A DNA stretch of 64,000 nt from an uncultured Actinomycetota bacterium. GTDB lineage: Bacteria; Actinomycetota; Actinomycetes; Mycobacteriales; Nakamurellaceae. The notes under the pieces are model-generated. The model did no database searches and was not told where the DNA came from. It was given only the letters and a program-made list of their open reading frames with translations. How positions within the stretch are numbered: position 1 is the stretch's first letter; each line of letters starts with the position of its first letter. The translations under genes were made by a program, and so were the position numbers. This document shows positions 27,328 to 39,118 of the stretch, piece by piece. The stretch lies in the NCBI GenBank assembly GCA_963766015.1, contig CAVXYU010000040.1, positions 137,640 to 201,639 on the forward strand. The letters are read 5' to 3'.

Positions 27328-28340
27328 GTGCTGAGGTACACGGTCCGTCGGCTGCTGCAGCTGGTGCTGGTGCTGTTCGTGCTGTCGTTGTTGTTGTTCA
27401 TCTGGCTGCGCAGCCTGCCGGGCGGTCCGGTCACCGCGCTGCTCGGCGAGCGCGCCACGCCGGAGAAGCGAGCCGAGCTGACCGCGGTGCTCGGCCTGGA
27501 CCAGCCCATTTTCGTGCAGTACTTCAAGTTCCTGGGCCGCATGCTGCAGTGGCGATTTCGGTCAGTCGACCGGGGTCTCGCCGGGGACTCCCGCAATGGA
27601 CGTCTTCTTCACCCGGTTCGGCGCGACGGTCGAGTTGGCGGTCGGCGCGATGATCTTCGGTCTGGCGCTCGGCATTCCGCTCGGTTACATGGCCGCCAAG
27701 CGCCGGGCCGGGACACTGGACAACAGCCTGATCGTGGTCTCGCTGATCGGCATCGCGGTGCCGGTGTTCTTCCTGGCCTTCCTGATGAAGTACGTGTTCG
27801 CCGTCAAGTGGGGCCTGCTGCCGCCGTCCGGCCGGCAGACCCCGGGCATCGACGCCACCCGGGTGACCGGGTTGTTCATCCTCGACGGCGTGATCACCCG
27901 GGAGTGGGACGCGTCCTGGGATTCCGTCCGGCACCTGATCCTGCCGTGGATCGCGCTCGGCACCATCCCGTTCGCGGTGATCTTCCGGATCACCCGGGCC
28001 TCGGTGCTGGAGGTGCAGGGTGAGGACTTCGTCCGGACCGCCGAGGCGAAGGGCCTGACCACGGACGACGATCCGGAACCGGCACGTGCTGCGCAACGCG
28101 ATGCTGCCGGTGATCACGGTGACCGGCTTGCTGACCGGGCTGCTGCTGACCGGCGCCGTGCTGACCGAGAAGGTTTTCGCCTACCCCGGTATCGGTGAGG
28201 CGCTGTACATCGGCTTCACCAAGAAGGATTACCCGGTGGTCCAGGTGGTCATCCTGGCGGCGGCGGCGGCGTTCGTCATCATCAACACGCTGGTCGACCT
28301 GGCCTACGCGCTGGTCGACCCGCGGATCAGGGCGCGCTGA
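27328..28340 (+). CDS. Peptide ABC transporter permease (DppB-like); frameshifted
   Basis: LRYTVRRLLQL, LGLDQPIFVQY, EDFVRTAEAKGL, LRNAMLPVIT, VDPRIR. Confidence 0.85.
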
Positions 28341-29278
28341 TGGCCACCACCTACTCGCCGCGCGCGCAAGCAGCGCATCGACGCCCTGGTCACGTCCGGC
28401 GACGAGGGAACCTCGCTGCTGCAGGACGCCTGGACGCGGCTCAAGGCATCGCCGCTGTTCTGGGTCGGCGCGGTGATCATCGGCGCTGTTCCTGGTGCTG
28501 GCGATCATCGCGCCCGTGGATCGCCCCGCACGATCCGGGTGCCCAGTTGCTGATCGGGCAGACCTCCCGGGCGCGCAACGCCATCGCGCCCGCCGCAGGA
28601 CGGCTTTCCGCTCGGCGGCGACACCCAGGGTCGTGACCTGCTGTCCCGGCTGATCGTCGGCGCGCGGCAGACGCTGCTGGTCGGCATCTTCGCAACACTG
28701 ATCGGGCTGGTCGGCGGGTTGATCCTCGGGCTGCTGGCCGGCGCCTTCGGCGGCTGGGTGGACACCCTCATCATGCGGATCGTCGACGTCATGCTGTCGA
28801 TTCCCAGCCTGCTGCTGGCGATCTCGATCGGCGTGCTGTTCACCAACCCGAACCTGACCAGCGTCATCATCGCGGTCGGCATCCCGCAGATCCCGGTGTT
28901 CGCGCGGCTGCTCCGCGGTCAGATGCTGGCCCAGCGGGAGTCCGATCACGTACTGGCGGCGCGGGCGCTGGGTGTCAAGCAGACTTCGATCGTCTTCCGG
29001 CACATGCTGCCCAACTCGGTTTCGCCGGTGATCGTGCAGGCCACTCTGGTGGTGGCGACCTCGATTCTTGACGCCGCCGCGTTGTCCTTCCTCGGCCTCG
29101 GCTCGCAGGACGTCTCCCAGCCCGAATGGGGCAGATGCTCGGCGAGGCGCAGACCAGCATCGACTCGCACCCGCAGCTGGCGTTCTGGCCCGCCGGCGCG
29201 ATCATCGTGGTCGTGCTGGGCTTCACCCTGCTCGGCGAATCGCTGCGCGAAGCCATCGACCCGAAGAACAGGCGGTGA
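28340..29278 (+). CDS. Peptide ABC transporter permease (DppC-like); frameshifted
   Basis: GRDLLSRL, VDTLIMRIVDVMLSIP, HVLAARALG, HMLPNS, ALSFLGLG..PEWG. Confidence 0.85.
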
Positions 29279-29285
29279 GCCGGCG

Positions 29286-30325
29286 ATGACGGCGCTGCTG
29301 CAGGTCGAAGACCTGACGGTGCAGTTCAACCGGAAGGGCGTCGCGCCGTTCACCGCGGTGGACAAGGTCAGCTTCGACGTCGCGCCCGGGCAGACCGTCG
29401 GCCTGGTCGGTGAGTCCGGATGCGGAAAGTCGGTGACGTCGCTGGCGATCATGCGGCTGCTGCCGCAGCGCGGCACCACCATCACCGGAACGGTGGATTT
29501 CGAGGGCACCGACCTGCTGACCCTGCCGCTGGACGACATGCGCGACCGGCGCGGACGCGACCTCGCGATGATCTTCCAGGACCCGCTGTCGTCGCTGAAC
29601 CCGGTGGTGCCCATCGGGATCCAGGTCACCGAGGTGCTGGAGCGGCACCGCGGGATGAAGCGGTCGCGCCGCCATGTCGGAGGCCCGCGACCTGCTGGAT
29701 TCGGTGGGCATCCCCGACCCGTACACGCCGGCTCAAGGAGTACCCGCACCAGCTGTCCGGCGGCATGCGGCAGCGCGCGCTGATCGCGATGGCGCTGGCC
29801 TGCCGGCCCCGGCTGCTGATCGCCGACGAGCCGACCACCGCGCTGGACGTCACCATCCAGGCGCAGATCCTGGCGCTGCTGAAGACGCTGGTGGTCGAGC
29901 ACGGCACCGCGCTGATCATGATCACCCACGATCTCGGCGTGGTCGCCGGACTGGTCGACGAGGTGAACGTGCTCTACGGCGGCCGGGTGGTCGAGCGGGC
30001 CGACCGGCACGAGCTGTTCGCCTCGCCGCGGCACCCGTACACGCACGGCCTGCTGGAGTCGATCCCGCGGCTGGATGCGCCGCCCGGTGAGCGGCTGACG
30101 CCGATCCTCGGTTCGGTGTCGGACAACATCCCGTGGACGTCCGGCTGCGCCTTCGCGCCGCGGTGCTGCAACGAGATCGACGTCTGCACGGCAGGTGACG
30201 CCCGGTGCTCGAGCCGCTGGCCGAGCAGCACGATCACCTGCTGCGCTGCCACAACCCGGTGGTGCCCGTCGGTGCCGGGGCTGGCTCCGGCGACCGCCGA
30301 AGTCGCCGCGGAGGAGACGTCGTGA
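29286..30325 (+). CDS. Peptide ABC transporter ATPase (DppD-like); frameshifted
   Basis: [48 protein letters not shown]. Confidence 0.88.
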
Positions 30326-31523
30326 CCGGCGCTGCCTGGGAGCCGGTACCCGAATCGCCGGATCGCGACGCACCGCCGAGGCGGCCGCGGCTGCGCGCCC
30401 TGGACGTCGGCGACGGCGGTGCGCCGATCACGAGTCGGAGCCGATCCCGGACGCTGCCGGCCGCCCAGCTCAGCGCGGTCGACCGCGGGCGCGGACGTAC
30501 TGCTCGAGGTCAACGACATCAAGGTGCACTTCCCGATCAAGCGGGGGGTGCTGATCGACAAGACGATCGGCTACGTCTACGCGGTCGACGGCGTCAGCCT
30601 CGCCGTCCGGCGCGGTGAGACCTACGGGCTGGTCGGCGAGTCCGGTTGCGGGAAGACCACTCTCGGGCGCGGCATCCTGCGGCTGGTCGAGCCGACAGGC
30701 GGCTCGGTGATCTTCGACGGGGAGAACATCGCCGAGCTGAAGCCCGAGCCGCTGCGGCTGGCCGGCGACGGATGCAGATGGTGTTCCAGGACCCGCTCGG
30801 CTCGCTGGACCCGCGGCAGTCCGTGCAGTCCATCCTGGTCGAGGGGATGAAGGCGCACGGTCTTGACAACTCGGATGCGACGACCAATGCCCGGCTGCGG
30901 GAGCTGCTGTGCCGCCGTCGGCCTGCCGAACACGGCGCTGCGCAAGTACCCGCACGAGTTCTCCGGCGGCCAGCGGCAGCGGATCGGCATCGCCAGGGCG
31001 CTGACGGTGAACCCGGAGCTGATCGTCGCCGACGAGCCGGTGTCCGCGCTGGACGTCTCGGTGCAGGCGCAGGTGATCAACCTGCTGGAGGACCTGCAGG
31101 CACGACCTCGGGCTGACCTACATCGTCATCGCGCACGATCTCGCTGTGGTGAAGCACATCTCGGACCGGGTCGGGGTGATGTACCTGGGTGCGCTGGTCG
31201 AGGAGGCCGCCTCTGCGGAGCTCTACCGGGAGCCGCTGCACCCGTACACCAGGGCGCTGATGTCGGCGGTTCCGGTGCCGGACCCCGTCGTCGAGGACGC
31301 GCGGGAACGCATCCTGCTGACCGGCGACCTGCCGTCACCGGCCAATCCGCCGACCGGGTGCCGGTTCCACACCCGCTGCCCGTGGCGGCAGCCGACGCTG
31401 TGCGACACCGACCGGCCGGAGCTGATCGAGCGGAAGCCGGGCACCGGGTGGCGTGTCACTACGCCGCCGAGATCGCCTCCGGTGAGCTGCAAGCCGCACG
31501 ACGTCACGGCCGACGTCATCTGA
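30322..31523 (+). CDS. Peptide ABC transporter ATPase (DppF-like); frameshifted
   Basis: [52 protein letters not shown]. Confidence 0.88.
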
Positions 31524-31527
31524 AGGG

Positions 31528-32595
31528 TCAGCCTGCGCTGAGGAAGGACATGACGCCGTTCGCCAGGCCCTGCGCGACCTGTTGCTGGCCGGCCGCGGAC
31601 GTCATCAGGTCCGCGTCGGCGGAGTTGCGCATGTTCCCGGCCTCGATCATCACGGTGGGCCGGACCGACAGGTTGAGTCCGGCCAGGTCGTTGCGCGGCC
31701 AGAGTCCCTCTGAGCCCAGGTGGTTGGACGGTGACAGCCCCGCACTGCGCAACCCGTCGCGCACATCGACGGCGAGACTCTGCGAGCGGGCTGCCATCTC
31801 GGCTCCGGCGGGGTCCTGTTCGGCCGTCATGACGTAGAAGCCGTTGGCGGACGGTTCGTCTCCGTCACCGTGGATGGACACCACGACGTCGGCCCCGGCG
31901 TCGTTGCCGATGGCCGCACGTTTGTTGACGCACGGACCGACCCCGTCATCACTGTCCCTGGTCATCACCACCGTGATGCCCTCGGCCTCCAGCATCGGGC
32001 GGAGGTAGTTCGCGACGCCCCAGGTGAAGTCGTGCTCCGGGTAGCCCGCGTCGGTGGACGTGCCGGTGGTGTTGCACGGCTTGGTCTGGCCGAAGCCGGC
32101 CGGGACCAACGCGTTGATGATGTCGGGATTCGCGGCGTTGGCACCGTTGTGGCCGGGATCGATCACCACGATCTTGTTGCCGCTGATCGGGCCGCGCGCT
32201 GGGGCGGGGTCGCGGGTGAGCGGGGTCGGCGGCGGTGCGGGTGACTCGGACGTGGTCTCCGGCTCCGTGGTCTCCGGCGCGGGCGGTGGCTCAGGGGGGT
32301 CCACCGGTTCGGAGGTGGTCGGCGTCGGCTCGGAGGTGGGGCTCGGTGTCGGTGTCGGAGTTGCCCGCCGGGTGGTCGGCGCCGCCTTCGAGGAGGAGGC
32401 AACGGCAGAGCTGAGTCCCGGCACGGTGACCAGCGGACCGGACGGCGCCGCGGCCGAGGAGCTCGCGACGGCGGCCTCGGTGGGCGGTGTCGCGCTGGTC
32501 GACGCCGGCGCACAGGAGGCGAGCAGGACCGCGCACGCCGCAGTTGCGGCGAGCGCCGCCCTGCCGGCGAGGGAGGAGGGGCGGCGGGCAGTCAT
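31528..32595 (-). CDS. N-acetylmuramoyl-L-alanine amidase (Amidase_3) lipoprotein, Rv3717-like
   Basis: Lipobox LASC; Pro/Thr linker; IDPGHNG, E-H, SIHGD, IEAGNM. Confidence 0.9.
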   Translation of the reverse strand: MTARRPSSLAGRAALAATAACAVLLASCAPASTSATPPTEAAVASSSAAAPSGPLVTVPGLSSAVASSSKAAPTTRRATPTPTPSPTSEPTPTTSEPVDPPEPPPAPETTEPETTSESPAPPPTPLTRDPAPARGPISGNKIVVIDPGHNGANAANPDIINALVPAGFGQTKPCNTTGTSTDAGYPEHDFTWGVANYLRPMLEAEGITVVMTRDSDDGVGPCVNKRAAIGNDAGADVVVSIHGDGDEPSANGFYVMTAEQDPAGAEMAARSQSLAVDVRDGLRSAGLSPSNHLGSEGLWPRNDLAGLNLSVRPTVMIEAGNMRNSADADLMTSAAGQQQVAQGLANGVMSFLSAG

Positions 32596-32814
32596 CTGCC
32601 CACTCTCCCATCGGTGGGCCTGCCGACTGCGCACCTGAGCTCGAGATCGCCGTCGCGTCGGGATCGTCGTCGCCTTGAGATCACCGTCGCGTCGGCCAGG
32701 GAGAGCTGCCCGGTCGACCCCCCATTGCGCACTACTGTTGCGGTGTCCCGCCCGCACCGTTCTGACGGCCCGCCGGGGGCGCGACACCGCCGATCACAGA
32801 AGTGGGGAATTGCG

Positions 32815-33357
32815 ATGATGCCGGGAATGCCCGACCTGAGCCAGCTGCTGATCCAGGCCCAGCAGATGCAGGCCGACATGGCGCGTGCCCAGGCCTCACT
32901 CACCGAGACGGAGGTCTCCGGTTCGGCGGGCAGTGGCGCCGTGAACGCGGTCGTCAACGGCGCCGGTGATCTGCTCCGGATCAGGATCGACCCCGCGGTG
33001 GTCGACCCGGCCGACATCGAAACGCTGGAGGACCTGGTGGTCGCCGCGGTACACGACGCCAGGCGCAGTGCCGAGAAGGTCGCCGGCGAGGCGATGGGAT
33101 CGGTGGCCGGCGGGTTCGACCTGTCCTCGATGGGGCTTCCGGCCGGGCTCGGTTTCCCGGGCGGGCCGGCCGGCTTTGACGAGCTCGACGACGACGACGA
33201 CGACGATGACGATGACGACGAGGACGACGAGGACGACGAGTCGGACTTCGCCGATGCCGAGGCCATCGACGAGGAGATCGACGCGGAGCACCGCCTCGAG
33301 GTCGAGCGTGCGCGGCGCGCCGAGTTGCCCGGACCCAGCACCTCCGACGGGGTCTGA
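32815..33357 (+). CDS. ybaB: YbaB/EbfC nucleoid-associated protein with long acidic C-terminal tail
   Basis: QAQQMQ, GSAGSGAV, IDPAVVDPADIETLEDLVVAA; directly upstream of recR. Confidence 0.9.
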   Translation: MMPGMPDLSQLLIQAQQMQADMARAQASLTETEVSGSAGSGAVNAVVNGAGDLLRIRIDPAVVDPADIETLEDLVVAAVHDARRSAEKVAGEAMGSVAGGFDLSSMGLPAGLGFPGGPAGFDELDDDDDDDDDDDEDDEDDESDFADAEAIDEEIDAEHRLEVERARRAELPGPSTSDGV

Positions 33358-33363
33358 GCGTCC

Positions 33364-33966
33364 GTGTACGAAGGCCCCGTTCAGGACCTCATCGACGAAC
33401 TGGGCCGGCTTCCCGGCATCGGCCCGAAGTCCGCGCAGCGCATTGCCTTTCATCTGCTGACGGTCGACCCGGCCGACATGGGCAGGTTGCAGGCGGCCCT
33501 GCAGCGGGTGCGGGACGAGGTGCGGTTCTGCGAGCTGTGCGGCAACGTCGCGGCCGACGTGCGCTGCCGGATCTGCAACGACCCGCGCCGGGACGACGCG
33601 GTGATCTGCGTCGTCGAGGAGTCCAAGGACGTTGCGGCGATCGAGCGCACCCGGGAGTTCCGCGGCAAATACCACGTGCTCGGTGGGGCCATCTCGCCGA
33701 TCGACGGCATCGGTCCCGACCAGTTGCGGATCAAGCCGCTGCTGACCCGGATCGCAGAGCCCGGCGTTCGCGAGGTGATCCTGGCGACCGACCCCAACCT
33801 GGAGGGCGAGGCGACCGCGACGTACCTGAGCCGGTTGCTCCGCTCGTTCCCGGACCTGTCCATCACCCGGCTCGCCAGCGGCCTGCCGGTGGGTGGTGAC
33901 CTGGAGTACGCCGACGAGATCACCCTGGGCCGCGCTTTCTCCGGGCGCCGTTCGGTGGACGCCTGA
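33364..33966 (+). CDS. recR: Recombination mediator RecR
   Basis: [12 protein letters not shown]4 zinc finger, [25 protein letters not shown]. Confidence 0.97.
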   Translation: MYEGPVQDLIDELGRLPGIGPKSAQRIAFHLLTVDPADMGRLQAALQRVRDEVRFCELCGNVAADVRCRICNDPRRDDAVICVVEESKDVAAIERTREFRGKYHVLGGAISPIDGIGPDQLRIKPLLTRIAEPGVREVILATDPNLEGEATATYLSRLLRSFPDLSITRLASGLPVGGDLEYADEITLGRAFSGRRSVDA

Positions 33967-33972
33967 CGCCCG

Positions 33973-34587
33973 ATGGCGGATGCCCGACCCGTGACGCCTG
34001 ACGTCCGTCGGCTCGCCGCCCGGGCCACCTCGCTGCTGCTCGACCGGCCGCCTCGTCTCGGGCGCACCCGGTTGGGCGTGGTGGACGGGCCGTCGGGATC
34101 GGGGAAGTCCACCTTCGCGCGGCAGTGGGTGAACGCGCTGGCCGACGCCGGCTGCGTGTCGTCCGCGCTGTTCTCCTCCGACGAGTTGGCCACCTGGGAC
34201 GACCCCTTCGGCTGGTTCGACCGGTTCGACGATCAGGTACTGGGCCCTTTGGCGAAGGGTCGACCCGGCCGGATCCGGCTCACCGATTGGTCCTCCGGCA
34301 CCCCGGTCCCCGGCCGGTGGAAGGACGTACCGGTGGTGGACGTGCTGATCCTCGAGGGTGTGTCCAGTGCGCGGGCCGCGCTGGGCCATCGCGCCTCGGT
34401 CAGCGTCTGGCTCGAACTCGAGAGCCGCCGGGAACGGCTGGAACGCGCCGTCGGCAGGGACGGGGAGCCCTCCCGCCACTTTCTTGCCGCCTGGCAGGAC
34501 GCCGAGGACGGCTTCTTCGCGCGGGACCGGCCTTGGGAGCGCGCCGACCTCGTCCTCGACGAGCCGGGCCACCCGCCCGCCGGGTGA
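33973..34587 (+). CDS. Uridine-kinase-like P-loop protein
   Basis: VDGPSGSGKST, LILEGV, RDG...WQDAED. Confidence 0.8.
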   Translation: MADARPVTPDVRRLAARATSLLLDRPPRLGRTRLGVVDGPSGSGKSTFARQWVNALADAGCVSSALFSSDELATWDDPFGWFDRFDDQVLGPLAKGRPGRIRLTDWSSGTPVPGRWKDVPVVDVLILEGVSSARAALGHRASVSVWLELESRRERLERAVGRDGEPSRHFLAAWQDAEDGFFARDRPWERADLVLDEPGHPPAG

Positions 34588-34618
34588 CGCCGGCCGACCG
34601 GAAGGGCATGCTGGCGCA

Positions 34619-35947
34619 GTGACGGAAGGCAAGTCGTACCGCTGGCGTGATCAGTTGCGCGACACCGTCCGGGCCCTCAGCCCTGACGACACCCAGCCGC
34701 TGCCACGCATCTCACCCGAACAGCAACCCGCACCGCCCGGTCTGGTGGAACTGCTCAGGGCGCTCGGCGTGGCGCTGCTGAACAGCGCCGACTCGGCCGC
34801 CACGACGACCGAGATCCTGCAGGACGTCGCTGCCGCCTACGACGTCGACATGCAGGCGATGGTGATGCCGACCGGCATCCTGTTCCGCATCGGCCCGGAT
34901 GAGGTCGACCTGGTCTCGGTGCCGAACAAGAGCCTCCGGCTTGACCAGATCGCCGAGATCAACGACCTCCTGGTGATCCTGCAGCGGGCCGCCGTCACCC
35001 CGGCGGTCGGGCTCCGCATGCTGCACCGCATCCTGACCTCGGAACCCCGCTTCGGTGCCTGGCCGACGCTCGCCGGGCAGGTGATTCTCAGTGTGGGGTT
35101 CGGCCTGCTGCTCAACCCGGACCTGCTGGCGCTGCCCGCCTACGCCGCGATGGGGGCATTCGTCGGCGTGCTCAGACTGATCGCCGACCGCTGGGCGACC
35201 CTGTCCGTCGCACTGCCGGTGATCGCAGCTTTCCTGGTCACCGTCATCTCGGTGAAGCTGGTCGCGCCGTTCGTGCAGGACGACCCGATCCGGCTGGTCG
35301 CTCCGGCGCTGGTGACGTTCCTGCCCGGAGCGACGCTGACGATCGCGACCATCGAACTCGCCAGCGACCAGATCGTCTCCGGCGCCAGTCGGCTTGTCTG
35401 GGGCGTGTCCCAGCTGCTGCTGCTGGCGTTCGGTGTGTTCGTCGGGCTCAGCCTGGTCGGGACGGTCGACGCCGGCGGCGCGCAACAGGCCGGGTTGTGG
35501 GCGCCGTGGGTCGGCGTCGCGCTGGTCGGCATCGGCTACATGTTGTTCGCCAGCGCGCCGCCGGGCTCGCTGCTCTTCCTGTGGATCGCGCTGTTCGCGT
35601 CCTACGCCGCCCAGACGCTGGGTGCCGTGCTGCTCGATCCGGCGCTCTCCGGGTTCGTCGGAGGCCTGGTGATCGTGCCGTTGACGCAGGCGCTCTCGCG
35701 CTTCCGGAAGGCACCGCCGGCGGCCGTCATGCTGCTGCCGGGGTTCTGGTTGCTGCTGCCCGGCGCGCTCGGTTTCCGGGGTGTCTCCGGGCTGGCCACC
35801 GGCAACACGGGCGGCGCCACCGACCTGGTGGTGACCGCGATCTCGATCTTCGCCGTGGCATTGGGCGTGCTGCTCGGCCAGTCGGTGACCCGCGACGCGC
35901 AGGCGGTGAGCCGGACCTGGCGGATCACCTTCCGGCCCCGGCGGTGA
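34619..35947 (+). CDS. Threonine/serine exporter ThrE family
   Basis: GTG 34619; LRLDQIAE, FLPGATLTIATIELA..QIVSGASRL, LLPGALG. Confidence 0.88.
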   Translation: MTEGKSYRWRDQLRDTVRALSPDDTQPLPRISPEQQPAPPGLVELLRALGVALLNSADSAATTTEILQDVAAAYDVDMQAMVMPTGILFRIGPDEVDLVSVPNKSLRLDQIAEINDLLVILQRAAVTPAVGLRMLHRILTSEPRFGAWPTLAGQVILSVGFGLLLNPDLLALPAYAAMGAFVGVLRLIADRWATLSVALPVIAAFLVTVISVKLVAPFVQDDPIRLVAPALVTFLPGATLTIATIELASDQIVSGASRLVWGVSQLLLLAFGVFVGLSLVGTVDAGGAQQAGLWAPWVGVALVGIGYMLFASAPPGSLLFLWIALFASYAAQTLGAVLLDPALSGFVGGLVIVPLTQALSRFRKAPPAAVMLLPGFWLLLPGALGFRGVSGLATGNTGGATDLVVTAISIFAVALGVLLGQSVTRDAQAVSRTWRITFRPRR

Positions 35948-36090
35948 CGACGCCCGCCACGTGCCGGGCTTACGGAAACAACAACCTGGTCGCGACCGTC
36001 GGACCCCGCGCCTACTCTGGACCGGCCGGACGGTAAAGCGAAGAAGACTGGTCGCCGGCCACCAGCGCTCAACTGTGCGGGGTTACTTTC

Positions 36091-37368
36091 GTGTTCGGCT
36101 CATACGTCACGGTGCTGCGGCGTCCCGGTGCCACCCGGTTCACGGCGGCCGGGATGCTCGCCCGGATGCAGATGTCGATGGCCGGTCTCGGCGCCGTCCT
36201 GCTGCTGTCCGCGGAGCGTGGATCGTTCGCCGTCGCCGGTACCGTGTCGGCGATCTACGCGCTGTCGGCCGCCGTCATCGGGCCGCAGATCTCCCGGTTG
36301 ATCGACGTGTTCGGGCAGCGCCGGGTCGTCCCGGTCCAGTTGGCGGTGCACGTCCCGGCGATCGTCGGGATCATCGCCGTCGCGGTGTTCACCACGGTGA
36401 ACTGGCCGATCTTCCTGCTCGCGGTGGTCGCGGGCGGCGCAGCGCCCAACGTCGGGCCGCTGGTGCGGGCCCGCTGGTCGGCGCAACTGCACGGAAGCTC
36501 CTTGCTCCGAACCGCTTTCGCCTGGGAGTCGCTCGTCGACGAGGCGGTGTTCATCCTCGGGCCGCCGCTCGCCACCGTCGTCGCGCTGCAGGTCTCGCCG
36601 AGCGCGGGGCTGATCCTGGCCACCGTGCTGCTGATCGTGGGGACGCTGCTGCTGCTGACCCAGCGCTCCACGGAACCGCGCCCGTCGGGCCGGCACACCG
36701 GGACGAAGGGACGACCCGCGATCCTGCTGCCGGGCGTGGGCGGGATCGCCGCGATCTTCGTCCTGCTCGGCGGCATCTTCGGGTCCTTCGAGGTGACGAC
36801 GGTGGCGTTCACCAGGCAGGCCGGCGTCCCCGGCGCGGCCGGCCTGCTGCTCGCGTTGTACGCGGTCGGATCGTTGACAGCCGGTCTGATCTTCGGGGCC
36901 CTGACGATCAGGGCATCGCTGGTCCGCCAGTTCCTGTTCGCGGTGGCGGCGTTGGCCGTCGTCACGCTGCCGCTGCCGTTCCTCGGGTCGGTCTGGCTGG
37001 TCGGCATCGGGCTGTTCGTCGCCGGCATCGCCTGCTCACCGGTGTTGATCTCCGGGATGGCGCTGATCGAGCGGATCGTTCCATCGGCGCGGTTGACGGA
37101 GTCGATGTCCTGGGCCAGTTCCGGGCTCGCCGTCGGCATCGCCACCGCGACGCCGCTGGCCGGGGTGATCATCGACCGGGCGGGCGCGCAGACCGCGTAC
37201 TGGGTGACGTCCGGGTGCGCGATCGGCGCGCTGGTGATCGGGGTCATCGTGGTGCGGTCGTTGTCGCGGGCGCTGACCGCGGCCGAGAACACCGTCGACC
37301 GGGTGATCGCGCAGGGGGCCGGCCCATCGACGGAGCCGGAAAGCCCGGTGGCCACGCAGGTACCGTGA
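36091..37368 (+). CDS. MFS transporter
   Basis: ~12 TM helices; SRLIDVFGQRRV, AFAWESLVDEAVFILGP, RLTESMSW. Confidence 0.9.
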   Translation: MFGSYVTVLRRPGATRFTAAGMLARMQMSMAGLGAVLLLSAERGSFAVAGTVSAIYALSAAVIGPQISRLIDVFGQRRVVPVQLAVHVPAIVGIIAVAVFTTVNWPIFLLAVVAGGAAPNVGPLVRARWSAQLHGSSLLRTAFAWESLVDEAVFILGPPLATVVALQVSPSAGLILATVLLIVGTLLLLTQRSTEPRPSGRHTGTKGRPAILLPGVGGIAAIFVLLGGIFGSFEVTTVAFTRQAGVPGAAGLLLALYAVGSLTAGLIFGALTIRASLVRQFLFAVAALAVVTLPLPFLGSVWLVGIGLFVAGIACSPVLISGMALIERIVPSARLTESMSWASSGLAVGIATATPLAGVIIDRAGAQTAYWVTSGCAIGALVIGVIVVRSLSRALTAAENTVDRVIAQGAGPSTEPESPVATQVP

Positions 37369-38234
37369 TCAACATGGAAAGCGGCCTGTTCGGACCCGGC
37401 AGCGTGACGTGGCGGGTGCACGCCGATCCGGTGTTCCCGATCGCCGGCGTGCGGGCGTTGATCCTGCAGGCGTTGCACCCCCTGACGATGGCCGCCGTCG
37501 CCCAGCAACGCGGGTTCGAAGAGGACTTCTGGGGCCGGCTCGACCGGACCGGACAGTACGTCTCGACGTTGACCTACGCCCCGGAAACGCAGGCCCGGCG
37601 AACGGCGGCGAAGGTCCGCGGCATCCATCGTCGGCTGGTCGGCACCAACCCGGCGACCGGCGAGACGTTCCGGCTGGACCGGCCGGACCTGCTGCTGTGG
37701 GTGCACTGCTGCGAGGTCGACTCGTTCCTCAGCACCGCCCGCCGGGCCGGCGCCCCGATCACCAGGGACGACGCCGACGAATACCTGCGCGAGCAGGTGC
37801 TCGCGGCCACCCTGGTCGGCATCCCCGCGGAGATCGTGCCGTCGTCGGTGACGGCGATGGAGCACTACTTCTCAGACGTCCGGTCGGAGTTGGAGCTGAC
37901 CGACGACGCCACCCGCGGGGTCAAGGTGCTGATCTCGCCGCCGATGCCGAAGAAGGTCCGGCTGCTCACCCCGGCGAGGCCCGCGTGGGCCGGATTGGCC
38001 GGCATGGCGTTCGCGCTGATGCCCGGGTGGGCACGCAAGCTCTACCGGATGCCGGGGCTGCCGACCACCGACCTGGCAGCGACCGCCGCGCTCCGTGCTC
38101 TGCGCACCGGGCTACAGGTCCTGCCGGACAGGTGGACGGGTCCGCCCGAGGTGCTTGCTGCGCGGGCGCAGATCGAGGCACTGGACGAGCAGCGCGCGCC
38201 GGCCATGGACAGCGACGGCCGACGGGCCGGATGA
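37365..38234 (+). CDS. MpaB/DUF2236 oxygenase-family protein
   Basis: GLFGPGSVTWRVH, LQALHP, RLDRT, LLWVHC; start GTG 37365 or ATG 37374. Confidence 0.88.
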   Translation: MINMESGLFGPGSVTWRVHADPVFPIAGVRALILQALHPLTMAAVAQQRGFEEDFWGRLDRTGQYVSTLTYAPETQARRTAAKVRGIHRRLVGTNPATGETFRLDRPDLLLWVHCCEVDSFLSTARRAGAPITRDDADEYLREQVLAATLVGIPAEIVPSSVTAMEHYFSDVRSELELTDDATRGVKVLISPPMPKKVRLLTPARPAWAGLAGMAFALMPGWARKLYRMPGLPTTDLAATAALRALRTGLQVLPDRWTGPPEVLAARAQIEALDEQRAPAMDSDGRRAG

Positions 38235-38959
38235 TCGGGCCTGACGAGGGCGATCCTGGGAAGTCCGGGTCTGCCGCCGACGGAGTTCTGGAGGGCGCCG
38301 GCTCCGTCGGGGCCGCCGTCCCCACGTCGTCACCCGCAGATCGGGTCCGCCGCACCGCGATTGCGCTCTCGGCACTCTCGCAGAGCGGCCTGACCTACGG
38401 CACCAACGAGTACGACCTCGATCGGTACCGCAAGCTCGGTGCCCTCGCCGCGGATCTGCTTGCTGCGCTCACCGACGAGCCCGCCGAGACCTGGCGGCTG
38501 GAACTGGGCCGCGACGCCGGGTACGCCACCCCGAAGGTCGACGTCCGCGGCGCACTGGTCGACGACGACGAGCGGATCCTGCTGATGCGCGAGCGGTCGG
38601 ACGGCAGGTGGTCGCTACCTGGCGGCTGGGCCGACCCGCTGGACACCCCGTCCCGTGCCGTCGAACGAGAGATACTCGAGGAGACGGGTTACGGCGCAAC
38701 GGCCGTCAAGCTGGTCGGGGTGTGGGACCGGGAGACCCAGGGGCACGTCCCGCCGCTGCCGTTCTCGATCTACAAGCTGTTCTTCCTCTGTGCGGCGACC
38801 GGCGAGGTCCGGCCGCCGGACGCCCTGGAGACGCTGGAGATCGGCTGGTTCCCGCTCGACGGGCTGCCGGAGCTCTCGCGGGGACGGATCAACGCAAGGC
38901 AGCTCGGCCGGATGGTGGCGCACCGCCGGGACCCCACCCTGCCGACTGAATTCGACTGA
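38231..38959 (+). CDS. NUDIX hydrolase with Nudix_N domain
   Basis: QSGLTY...YDLDRY, GYATPKVDVRG, WSLPGGW...EREILEETG; ATGA overlap. Confidence 0.9.
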   Translation: MIGPDEGDPGKSGSAADGVLEGAGSVGAAVPTSSPADRVRRTAIALSALSQSGLTYGTNEYDLDRYRKLGALAADLLAALTDEPAETWRLELGRDAGYATPKVDVRGALVDDDERILLMRERSDGRWSLPGGWADPLDTPSRAVEREILEETGYGATAVKLVGVWDRETQGHVPPLPFSIYKLFFLCAATGEVRPPDALETLEIGWFPLDGLPELSRGRINARQLGRMVAHRRDPTLPTEFD

Positions 38960-39118
38960 CTGGCCCGCCCTTTCCTCCTGTGACGCCGGTCGAGACGGCG
39001 AAAACGCACGTTCCTCGGGCCGTTGAGCAGCCGGAATCGCCGTCTCGGTTGCGGGGCGGGCGAGGGCGGGGCGCGGCTCGGGGCGGGCGTGGGGCTGGGG
39101 TGGTTCTGGCGCGGGCGC

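Noticed and set aside
25429-31523. Peptide ABC operon as a pseudogene cluster or programmed-frameshift system
   Set aside because: The breaks look like scattered 1-bp indels in otherwise well-conserved genes. The same pattern hits ask, asd, leuA and ponA, so consensus sequencing error is the simplest explanation. Read mapping would settle it.
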